Positions 1-17,573 of a stretch of DNA of 50,547 nt are shown in pieces. The first letter of the stretch is position 1. Each line of letters starts with the position of its first letter. Origin of the DNA: Eledone cirrhosa. Its lineage: Eukaryota. A program made the translations under genes and the position numbers. The stretch covers positions 1 through 50,547 of the forward strand of contig CAXHJY010001360.1 in assembly GCA_964016885.1 (NCBI GenBank), written 5' to 3'. The notes under the pieces were generated by a model. It saw nothing but the letters and a program-made list of their open reading frames with translations. It had not been told where the DNA came from and did not search any database.

Positions 1-32
1 ATATATATATAGTATATATATATATATATAAG

Positions 33-87
<55 letters not shown>

Positions 88-268
88 GTATGTATATATA
101 TATATGTATGTATATATATATATGTATATATATATGTATATATATATATATGTATGTATATATATATATGTATATATATATGTATATATATATGTATATA
201 TATACATATATATATATATGTATATATATATATGTATATATATATATGTATATATATATATGTATATG

Positions 269-317
<49 letters not shown>

Positions 318-621
318 GTATATATATATATGTATATATATATATGTATATATATATGTATATATATATGTATATATATGTATAATATATATATGTATAT
401 ATATATATGTATATATATATGTATATATGTATATGTAATATATATATGTATATATGTATATGTATATATAATATATGTATATATATATATATGTATATAT
501 ATATATGTATATATGTATATATATGTATATATATGTATATATGTATATATATATGTATATATATGTATATATATATGTATATATATATATATGTATATAT
601 ATATGTATGTATATATATATG

Positions 622-652
<31 letters not shown>

Positions 653-654
653 TG

Positions 655-685
<31 letters not shown>

Positions 686-958
686 GTATATGTATATATG
701 TATATATATATATATGTATATATGTATATATGTCTATATGTATATATGTCTATATATATATATGTCTATATGTATATATGTCTATATATATATATGTCTA
801 TATATATATATGTCTATATATATATATGTGTATATATATATTGTCTATATATATGTGTATATATATATATGTGTATATATATATGTGTATATATATATGT
901 TATATATATATGTGTATATATATATGTGTATATATATATATATGTATATATATATATG

Positions 959-989
<31 letters not shown>

Positions 990-1100
990 GTATATATATG
1001 TGTATATATATATGTGTATATATATATGTGTATATATATATGTATATATATATGTGTATATATATATGTGTATATATATATGTGTATATATATATGTGTG

Positions 1101-1131
<31 letters not shown>

Positions 1132-1496
1132 GTATATATATATGTATATATATATATATGTATATATATATATGTATATATATATATGTATATATATATT
1201 TGTATATATATATATGTATATATATATATGTATATATATATGTGTATATATATATATGTATATAGATATGTATATTTATATATATGTATATTTATATATA
1301 TGTATATTTATATATATGTATATTTATATATATGTATATTTATATATATGTATATTTATATATATATATGTATATATATATATGTATATTTATATATATA
1401 TATATATGTATATGTATATATCTATATGTATATGTATATGTGTATATGTATATATGTATGTATATATATGTATGTGTATATGTATATATGTATATG

Positions 1497-1529
<33 letters not shown>

Positions 1530-1558
1530 GTATATGTGTATATGTATATATGTATATG

Positions 1559-1593
<35 letters not shown>

Positions 1594-1634
1594 GTATATA
1601 TATATATGTATATGTATATATGTATATGTATATG

Positions 1635-1697
<63 letters not shown>

Positions 1698-1798
1698 GTA
1701 TATATATATATGTATATATGTATATATATATATGTATATATGTATATATATATATGTATATATATATATGTATATATATATATGTATATATATATATG

Positions 1799-1832
<34 letters not shown>

Positions 1833-1841
1833 TGTATATAT

Positions 1842-1890
<49 letters not shown>

Positions 1891-1979
1891 GTATATATAT
1901 ATATGTATATATATGTAAGTATATATATATGTAAATATATATGTATATATATATGTAAATATATATGTATATATATATG

Positions 1980-2010
<31 letters not shown>
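1..2010. repeat. (TA)n microsatellite interrupted mainly by TG (TATG-type)
   Basis: Direct reading; source of the spurious IY/MY ORFs. Confidence 0.97.
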
Positions 2011-2223
2011 TTCGTTTCTGAATTTGTTTAGCAAGATTCTTTATCTGAAATCGTGTGTTGAAACCGATATTGTTATACTTTGGGAGGGTCATGTTGCCAA
2101 TAAGAAACACACGCACCAGTTGCTTTCACTTCAATTTAATTTATTATATATTTATAAATTTACAAATTATAAATTTCTGGTTGGTTGGTTGTTCCACAAC
2201 CAGATAGTTGTTTATATATATAT

Positions 2224-2268
2224 AGTCATAGTTCTTTCGTCACACACTCTGTGACCTCTTCAGTGACT
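2224..2268 (-). ncRNA. Minimal type-I hammerhead ribozyme (mirror copy)
   Basis: Reverse complement of 2389-2433. Confidence 0.75.
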
Positions 2269-2388
2269 GGGGATTTCTTTCTTCGTTTCTGTGCCTTTCC
2301 TTTCTTCTATCCTACGCCATTTTGTTTTGAAACAAAATGGCGTAGGATAGAAGAAAGGAAAGGCACAGAAACGAAGAAAGAAATCCCC

Positions 2389-2433
2389 AGTCACTGAAGA
2401 GGTCACAGAGTGTGTGACGAAAGAACTATGACT
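2389..2433 (+). ncRNA. Minimal type-I hammerhead ribozyme
   Basis: AGTCA-CTGAAGA-G-GTCACA(gagtg)TGTGAC-GAAA-GAAC-TA-TGACT: stem I AGTCA/TGACT, intact CUGANGA and GAAA core, 6-bp stem II, vestigial stem III. Confidence 0.78.
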
Positions 2434-2593
2434 ATATATATATAAACAACTATCTGGTTGTGGAACCAACCAACCAACCCAGAAATTTATAAATTTGTAA
2501 ATTTATAAATATATAATAAATTAAATTGAAGTGAAAGCAACTGGTGCGTGTGTTTCTTATTGGCAACATGACCCTCCCAAAGTATAACAATAT

Positions 2594-10530
<7,937 letters not shown>

Positions 10531-11177
10531 CCGGATTTGAAATTTTAATATTTTAAATCGACAGTAATCGGATTTATGTATGGTTTTAATTCTTCAGAGG
10601 ACAAGGAAAACATACAAAAAAGATAAGTTTTTGTGCTTTGACGCAATTATTTTGAAGTATATTTTACATATATTACCGTTTTGAACATGTTTATTTTCAC
10701 TGTATGATTCATTCATAGGAGACAACACACACACGTGCTTTCTATTTTTGTTTGTCTACCATACAGAGCATTTTGGTTTAACTTAAGCAGATCTTGTATT
10801 AATTCTGATTTTTCTGAGTAACATAATTTAATTTGATATAATCTTGTTTGATTTTGTATAATCTTATCTGTATTTGACCCGATTTCGTTGTTTCTTGTAT
10901 GATATGCTGATATTGCAATAACTTCGTGTATTTGTAAACAGACATTTACATCGTGTTTCTATATCTCTATGTTTCCGGTTTCTTCCATTCATTAATTTAA
11001 ATTTAAATTTAAAAATTTATTTTTGTATTTGTGAACTGCTGTTGCTCACGTTCTCACGCTGTCTCTATCTCTCTCCTTCCTTCCTCCCTCTCTCTCTCTC
11101 TCTCTCTCCCTCTCTCTCCTCTCTCCTCTCTCTCTCGATCAACGAGCTCTCTTTCTCCCTCTCTCTAGATCAACGAG

Positions 11178-11209
<32 letters not shown>

Positions 11210-11415
11210 CCTCTCTCTCCCTCTGACCCCCCCCCCCCACTCTTCTCGCTATCTCTCTCGCTCCCCTCTTCTGTCTCCCCCTTTTCTTTTCTTTTCTTCT
11301 GTTTCTCTTTCTTTTTCTCTCGCTGGAGTTATATCTCTATCTCCCTCCCTCACCCTGTCCTCTCTAACCTCTACCCTACACCTCCACTGTCTCTCTTTCT
11401 CCCCTCCACAGCGAA

Positions 11416-12066
11416 ATGGACTGCATGCAGGAAAAATGTGAAATCAGGAGTCAGCGAAACTGGTCGAAGATTGAACTAGCGGTTTTGATCAAGGGGTGGA
11501 CTATGGCTGATGGGTCTCCACCAAGCAAAAAGATGGCGGAGAACCTGAAGAGCCATGGGTTTCTGAGGACCCTGGTACAGATAGAGAGAAAGAGAAAAGA
11601 AATTGAGAAGGCGTATGTCCTCATAGCGCCTCATATGGCGATGCTAAGCCGTGTCCTCAGGGAGGAGAAAACCGAAGGGAGGGATGAGGAGAAGGAGAGG
11701 GAAAAGGAAGAGGAAAAAGAGGGGGAAAAGGAGGAGAGCACAAGCACGGACCTGAAAGAAAATGATATACCCTCCGCTACAGGCAGGGAGGGCAGGCCGG
11801 GCAACCAACAAGCTAAGGGCAAAGGTGAAAAGCGAAATCACCTTCCGAAGGAGAACCAAGCGCAGAGGGACCAGTGGACAACTGTTCAAAGAAAGAACAG
11901 AAAGCACCGAGACACTGGGAGCAAAAAACCCCAAGTAATGTGCAAGTTTTTCAAGAACGGGACATGCTGGCATGGAGAGACAGGGATGGGATGCAGATTC
12001 GCCCACCCTAGGTCTCAAACGAACTATGCCCATCATACTCGCGCAACATGCCCCAGCCTAAGCTGA
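11416..12066 (+). CDS. LINE ORF1 with Myb/SANT-like N-terminus and CCCH zinc finger; the same frame resumes after the TGA at 12064-12066 and runs to 12363
   Basis: RNWSKIELAVLIKGW...MAENLKSHGFLRTLVQIERKRKEIEKAY; CKFFKNGTCWHGETGMGCRFAHP; in-frame continuation NKPLQKYADVAR...MAAADQKNFL. Confidence 0.7.
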   Translation: MDCMQEKCEIRSQRNWSKIELAVLIKGWTMADGSPPSKKMAENLKSHGFLRTLVQIERKRKEIEKAYVLIAPHMAMLSRVLREEKTEGRDEEKEREKEEEKEGEKEESTSTDLKENDIPSATGREGRPGNQQAKGKGEKRNHLPKENQAQRDQWTTVQRKNRKHRDTGSKKPQVMCKFFKNGTCWHGETGMGCRFAHPRSQTNYAHHTRATCPSLS

Positions 12067-12170
12067 AATAAGCCGCTCCAGAAGTATGCTGATGTCGCGC
12101 GTGCTGCACCAACAAGGAGAAGGCACGCTCATGCCGACGAGATACAGATGGCAGCAGCAGATCAGAAAAA

Positions 12171-12177
12171 TTTTTTA
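12171..12177 (+). other. Candidate -1 ribosomal frameshift slippery heptamer T_TTT_TTA
   Basis: In ORF1 phase (aaT TTT TTA); the -1 frame is the ORF2 frame and has no stop from 12093 until the ORF2 stop at 15321-15323. Confidence 0.55.
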
Positions 12178-12281
12178 GTGATGGCAGAGAAGATTGTGGG
12201 ACAGCTGACCTGGCTGCATCGTCTCCAGAGCCAGGGTCATCCACACCAGCACTCGAGACCACCGCAGTTAAGGGACCCAGA

Positions 12282-15200
12282 GTGGCCGCCGCTGACACCA
12301 GACCAGGTGTCATACCGACAGCCATTACTGGCACCCCAAAAGTCACACCAGTGCTGCTGCTGAATGTCAGGGGCCTGGTGAAACTCAGCAACATGAGTAA
12401 AATTTCCTACCTGGGAGACTTAGCCATAAGCAATCAAGCACTATGCATGGCACTAACCGAAACGCACCTGACAAGCAGTATAGCAGATGCAGAAATACAT
12501 ATACCGAAATATACTGTATTTCGTTTGGACAGGAAGGAGAGAACTCATGGTGGGGTTGCTCTGTATATCCGTGAAGATGTCACACCAATTGTACTGTTGA
12601 CACATTCAAACTCAGTCTGTGACACACTGATAATACATATGAAGCAACTACAGATGGTAATATGTGTCACATATCGGCCGCCCGATGCCCCCAGTCATGA
12701 GGGTAAATTTGAGGATAGCCTAAGTAGGATAGAAGAGGTCCTTGACAAACTGGACCAGGGTCTCAACATCCTACTGCTGGGAGACTTCAACCTACCAAAG
12801 GTCAAATGGCCTGAGGGCCACCTCCTCCCTGGAATGACGTCAATAGAACAGAGACAGACGGAATCCCTGCTGGCCCTCACACACAGGCTGTTCATGGAGC
12901 AAGCAATACTCCTCCCAACAAGAGGCGAAAATGTCCTGGACCTCTGTTTTACAAACAACGAAGTGCTCATCCACAATGTAAAGGTGACACCAACAATTCT
13001 CTCGGATCATAACTTGGTAGAGCTAATGATATGTGGTCCAAGAGAACCAACAGAGACAAAACCACCAAGAAGCTCCGGGACGCTATCCAGCCTTAACTTC
13101 TACGGGGCTGACTGGAAGAAGATTAAGAGTGAAATCCGGAAGCAAACATGGAGTGCAAACATCGCCACACAAGACACTAACACACAATTTCAACACTTCA
13201 TGACAACGATACACACCATATGCAAAAAGTGTGTCCCGGAGAAAGAGGCAAACAGACACAAAAATCTTATTCCCAGAGATAGGAAAATCCTTATGAGACG
13301 TAGAACTAAACTCTCAAACCAGTTGAATAGTCAACAAAACCAAAACAAGAAGGAATCCTATTTGAAACGTGCACTACTTGACACCGAGATTGCACTCAAG
13401 CTTTCACATGAGAATGAGAGGGCAAGGAAAGAGAACAGGGCCATAGAAAACATTAAAACAAACCCTAAGGCCTTCTTTAAATTTGCAAAAGAAACTGCCT
13501 CAGTACACTGCAAGATTGGACCACTCTTCCACACGGACGGTTCATTAACCGAAAATCCCCAAGAGATATGTGAAATACTGAACGAACAGTACAGAAGTGT
13601 CTTCACATGTCCACTGAGGCACATGCAAATAACGAAGCCAGAGGAGTTCTTTGATGCCACAACACTACATCAAGAAATGGCAACCATCAACCACATAGAC
13701 ATAACGGAAGAGGATGTGGTGTACGCCATTGATGAAATTAGAACAGACTCGGCTGCTGGACCTGATGGATTCCCAGCAGTTCTCCTAAAAATATGTAAGC
13801 GGGCCTTAGCAACTCCACTGAAGATGCTCTTCAGAAGCTCCTTGGCTAGCGGTGTACTACCCAGGGAGCTGAAAGAAGGCACAATATGCCCTATCCATAA
13901 AGGAGGTAGTAGAGCGGAGGCCAAGAACTATAGGCCAGTCTCCCTGACGTCGCATATCAGTAAGGTCATGGAGCGAGTCGTCAGAAAGAAACTAATCACT
14001 TTCCTCGAAGAAAATGACCGCCTGACTAGCACGCAACATGGCTTTCGCCCAGGAAGAAGCTGCCTTACACAGCTGCTACATCACTACGACTGGGTACTGA
14101 GACAGCTACTAGACAGCTCACATGTAGACGTGATATATCTTGACTTTGCGAAGGCCTTTGACAAGGTCGACCACGGAATGATATGTCACAAACTACACGG
14201 ACTCGGCATAACTGGAAAAGTAGGTGAGTGGCTGCATGGCTTCCTGAGGGACAGAAGCCAGGCAGTCGCAGCAAATGGGGCCCTCTCGAGGGAAACACCG
14301 ATAACAAGTGGGGTGCCTCAGGGGACAGTCCTGGGACCACTACTGTTTTTGGTGGCTTTCTCGGACATGCCCTCTGTGGTGCATGCAACAACATCCCTGA
14401 CTAGCTATGCTGATGACACTAAGGTAGCACAGGCAATCAAAAACCCGGCTGACGCTGCCCTCTTACAGCAGGATCTGGATGCCATATACAGATGGGCGGA
14501 AGAAAACAACATGCAGTTTAATGCTGGCAAATTCCAAGCCCTACAATACAAACCTGCAAACACAAACACAAATATAGCGGAACACAGCTACACAGGACCA
14601 GGAGGGACCGATATCCCCGTGTCAAAATCGATACGAGACCTGGGCATAGACATGAGCGATGATGCATCTTTTTCTTCACACATCATGAAGGTGGCGACAG
14701 CATGTAGACGATTCGCTGGCTGGATCTTGAGGACTTTCCTTACAAGAGATCGAGACACCATGTTGACACTGTGGAGGACTTTTGTCCTAAGCCGCCTGGA
14801 CTACTGCTCCCAGCTGTGGTCACCCCATAGTGTCAAACTAACCACAGAGCTTGAGGCAATCCAGCGAAGCTACACCAAGAGGATTGCCAAGATGAGGGAG
14901 ACAAGCTACTGGGAGAGGCTGAAGGAACTGAACCTCTACTCCTTGGAGCGAAGACGGGAGAGATACGCAGTGATCTACATGTGGAAAATCCTGGAGGGAC
15001 TAGCACCAAACTTTGGCATTGGGAGCTGGACCAACCGTCGAACAGGACGTCACTGTGTGGTGCCAAAGGTCCCGTCTTCCACATCTAGAATAAGGAGCAG
15101 GTATTGCAATAGCCTGGGATTCAAGGGCCCTCAACTCTTCAACAGGCTGCCGAGGCATCTGCGAGACTTGCATGACGTGGAGGTGGATGTCTTTAAGAAA

Positions 15201-15323
15201 CATCTCGACACCTGGTTATCCAGGATCCCGGATGAGCCCACAGCAAGACACGAGGGAAACCTAAGGGCAGCAGCAACAAACTCCCTCCTACACCAGTGGC
15301 CAACCTATACAGGCTGGAGATAA
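12282..15323 (+). CDS. LINE ORF2: AP-endonuclease plus reverse transcriptase (uninterrupted)
   Basis: EN motifs LNVRGL, LTETHL, YRPP, GDFNLP, LDLCFT, SDHNLV; RT motifs QHGFRPGRSC, YLDFAKAFDKV, GVPQGTVLGPLLF, YADD; C-terminal RLKELNLYSLERRRER typical of the CR1 group. The listed start is GTG and the true start is uncertain. Confidence 0.95.
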   Translation: MAAADTRPGVIPTAITGTPKVTPVLLLNVRGLVKLSNMSKISYLGDLAISNQALCMALTETHLTSSIADAEIHIPKYTVFRLDRKERTHGGVALYIREDVTPIVLLTHSNSVCDTLIIHMKQLQMVICVTYRPPDAPSHEGKFEDSLSRIEEVLDKLDQGLNILLLGDFNLPKVKWPEGHLLPGMTSIEQRQTESLLALTHRLFMEQAILLPTRGENVLDLCFTNNEVLIHNVKVTPTILSDHNLVELMICGPREPTETKPPRSSGTLSSLNFYGADWKKIKSEIRKQTWSANIATQDTNTQFQHFMTTIHTICKKCVPEKEANRHKNLIPRDRKILMRRRTKLSNQLNSQQNQNKKESYLKRALLDTEIALKLSHENERARKENRAIENIKTNPKAFFKFAKETASVHCKIGPLFHTDGSLTENPQEICEILNEQYRSVFTCPLRHMQITKPEEFFDATTLHQEMATINHIDITEEDVVYAIDEIRTDSAAGPDGFPAVLLKICKRALATPLKMLFRSSLASGVLPRELKEGTICPIHKGGSRAEAKNYRPVSLTSHISKVMERVVRKKLITFLEENDRLTSTQHGFRPGRSCLTQLLHHYDWVLRQLLDSSHVDVIYLDFAKAFDKVDHGMICHKLHGLGITGKVGEWLHGFLRDRSQAVAANGALSRETPITSGVPQGTVLGPLLFLVAFSDMPSVVHATTSLTSYADDTKVAQAIKNPADAALLQQDLDAIYRWAEENNMQFNAGKFQALQYKPANTNTNIAEHSYTGPGGTDIPVSKSIRDLGIDMSDDASFSSHIMKVATACRRFAGWILRTFLTRDRDTMLTLWRTFVLSRLDYCSQLWSPHSVKLTTELEAIQRSYTKRIAKMRETSYWERLKELNLYSLERRRERYAVIYMWKILEGLAPNFGIGSWTNRRTGRHCVVPKVPSSTSRIRSRYCNSLGFKGPQLFNRLPRHLRDLHDVEVDVFKKHLDTWLSRIPDEPTARHEGNLRAAATNSLLHQWPTYTGWR

Positions 15324-15338
15324 AATGTGTAGCAACAA

Positions 15339-15397
15339 GGGCGGTGCCCCAGCATGGCCTCAGCCGGATGGCTGAAACAGGTAAAAGAGTAAAAGAG
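15339..15397 (+). other. LINE 3'-terminal stem-loop and tandem tail
   Basis: TCAGCC-ggat-GGCTGA hairpin followed by GTAAAAGA x2. Confidence 0.6.
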
Positions 15398-15474
15398 TAT
15401 ATACATATACATATATATATTATATATACATATACATATATACATATACATACATATATACTATATACATATAC

Positions 15475-15524
<50 letters not shown>

Positions 15525-15543
15525 ATAATATATATATATATAT

Positions 15544-16057
15544 GTAGATAAATCTACCAAGAGTTTACGGTAGTGTCCAATCCGTATGAAGAACTCAATG
15601 TATTCCGGATATCATGGAAAGAAGAGATGTAATGAAAAATCACTTTCGGTGAAAGATAAACGGTATACAGAGTCAAGATAAAATATTAAACAAATAATGA
15701 ATAAACAATGAAACAGTTCCTTATATTAAACAAAAAAAGTTCATTATTTAACGATCGTTTCTAGGATATATATGTGTTAGAATTGGCATGCATATTCAAC
15801 AGATCTATGTACAAAAATATACAAAATTATACAAAACTATCAAGATTAAAATATACATACCAACACATATATGTGTTGGTATGTATATTTTAATCTTGAT
15901 AGTTTGTATAATTTTGTATAATTTTGTACATAGATCTGTTGAATATGCATGCCAATTCTAACACATATATATCCTAGAAACGATCGTTAAATAATGAACT
16001 TTTTTTGTTTAATATAAGGAACTGTTTCATTGTTTATTCATTATTTGTTTAATATTT

Positions 16058-16060
<3 letters not shown>
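15544..16060. mobile_element. pLTR-like family B insertion with fold-back palindrome (arms 15678-15869 and 15870-16060)
   Basis: Centre caacacata|tatgtgttg; homologous to 32519-32600, 32951-33166 and 36263-36588; each arm holds the 3' half of the family B HHR (GAAACGATCGTT-AAATAATGAA). Confidence 0.8.
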
Positions 16061-16088
<28 letters not shown>

Positions 16089-16129
16089 ATAAATATATTT
16101 ATATATATATATATTTATATATATATATT

Positions 16130-16166
<37 letters not shown>

Positions 16167-16169
16167 ATT

Positions 16170-16247
<78 letters not shown>

Positions 16248-16329
16248 ATAATATATATATATATATTTATATATTTATATATATATATATATATTTATAC
16301 ATATATAGTTTATATACATATATATTTAT

Positions 16330-16361
<32 letters not shown>

Positions 16362-16367
16362 TATATA

Positions 16368-16416
<49 letters not shown>

Positions 16417-16550
16417 TTATTTATATATATTATATTATATATTTTATATTATATATATATATTTATATTTTATATATTATACTATATATATTATATATAG
16501 TATATATATATATTTATATATATTTATATATATTATATATATATATATAT

Positions 16551-16596
<46 letters not shown>

Positions 16597-16599
16597 ATT

Positions 16600-16669
<70 letters not shown>

Positions 16670-16785
16670 TATATATATTATATATATATATTTATATATA
16701 TATATTTATATATTATATATATATATTTATATATATATATATATATATTTATATATAATATATTTATATATATATATATTATATT

Positions 16786-16817
<32 letters not shown>

Positions 16818-16916
16818 ATTTATATATATATATTTATTATATATATATATATATATTATATATTTATATATATATAGTATATATATAATATATATATATA
16901 TATTTATATATATATT

Positions 16917-16949
<33 letters not shown>

Positions 16950-16981
16950 TTATATATATATTTATAATATATATATATATT

Positions 16982-17018
<37 letters not shown>

Positions 17019-17019
17019 T

Positions 17020-17052
<33 letters not shown>

Positions 17053-17065
17053 TTATATATATATT

Positions 17066-17138
<73 letters not shown>

Positions 17139-17217
17139 ATATATTTATATATATAATTTATATATATATATTTATATATATATATTTATCTATATATATA
17201 TATATATATTTATATAT
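16061..17217. repeat. (TA)n microsatellite with T-type (TTTA) interruptions
   Basis: Direct reading. Confidence 0.95.
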
Positions 17218-17573
17218 ATCATCATCATCATCATCATCAACGTTTAACGTCCGTGTTCCACGCTTGCATGGGTTTGGACGGGGGTAGTCCCACTTGAGGC
17301 AAGAGTGATTGTCTTGCTCGCATAGGACTGTCTGGCAGGTTTTCTACAGTTGGATGCCCTTCCTAACACCAACCACATTTACAGTGTGGGTCTGGGAGGT
17401 TTTTACCGTGTTGCCTACACGGCCACATTACAGCGTGGACTGTGTGTTTTTTTGTCGTGACACCTACACGATCTCATTTGTTTCGGCCTGGATGGCGCGG
17501 CACCAACATAACTTTACATAGAACGGGGTGGTGTGGATGGGGTGGGGGTGGTGGGCGGGACGGGGTTATTTTG

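Larger units (their letters stand above)
2011..2593. mobile_element. Palindromic non-coding HHR-bearing element (Penelope pLTR-like); ~260-bp arms at 2067-2327 and 2330-2593
   Basis: Centre ccattttgttt-TG-aaacaaaatgg; arms are reverse complements apart from about 3 single-base indels; each arm carries an HHR core; flanked by (TA)n. Confidence 0.8.
10531..15397 (+). mobile_element. Near full-length CR1/L2-group LINE
   Basis: Putative 5' UTR with a (CT)-rich tract (~11060-11410), ORF1, APE+RT ORF2, short 3' UTR hairpin, (GTAAAAGA)2 tail, (TA)n on both sides; 5' boundary uncertain. Confidence 0.88.

Noticed and set aside
10585-10605. CTGAAGA on the minus strand
   Set aside because: No matching stem II, GAAA or stem I
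12695-15203. Short antisense ORFs within the CR1 ORF2 and within the RTE copies
   Set aside because: Shadow ORFs on the opposite strand of RT genes with no recognisable motifs
15350-15380. Hairpin followed by GAAAC at the CR1 3' end as a hammerhead
   Set aside because: No upstream CUGANGA or stem I; better explained as the LINE 3' stem-loop
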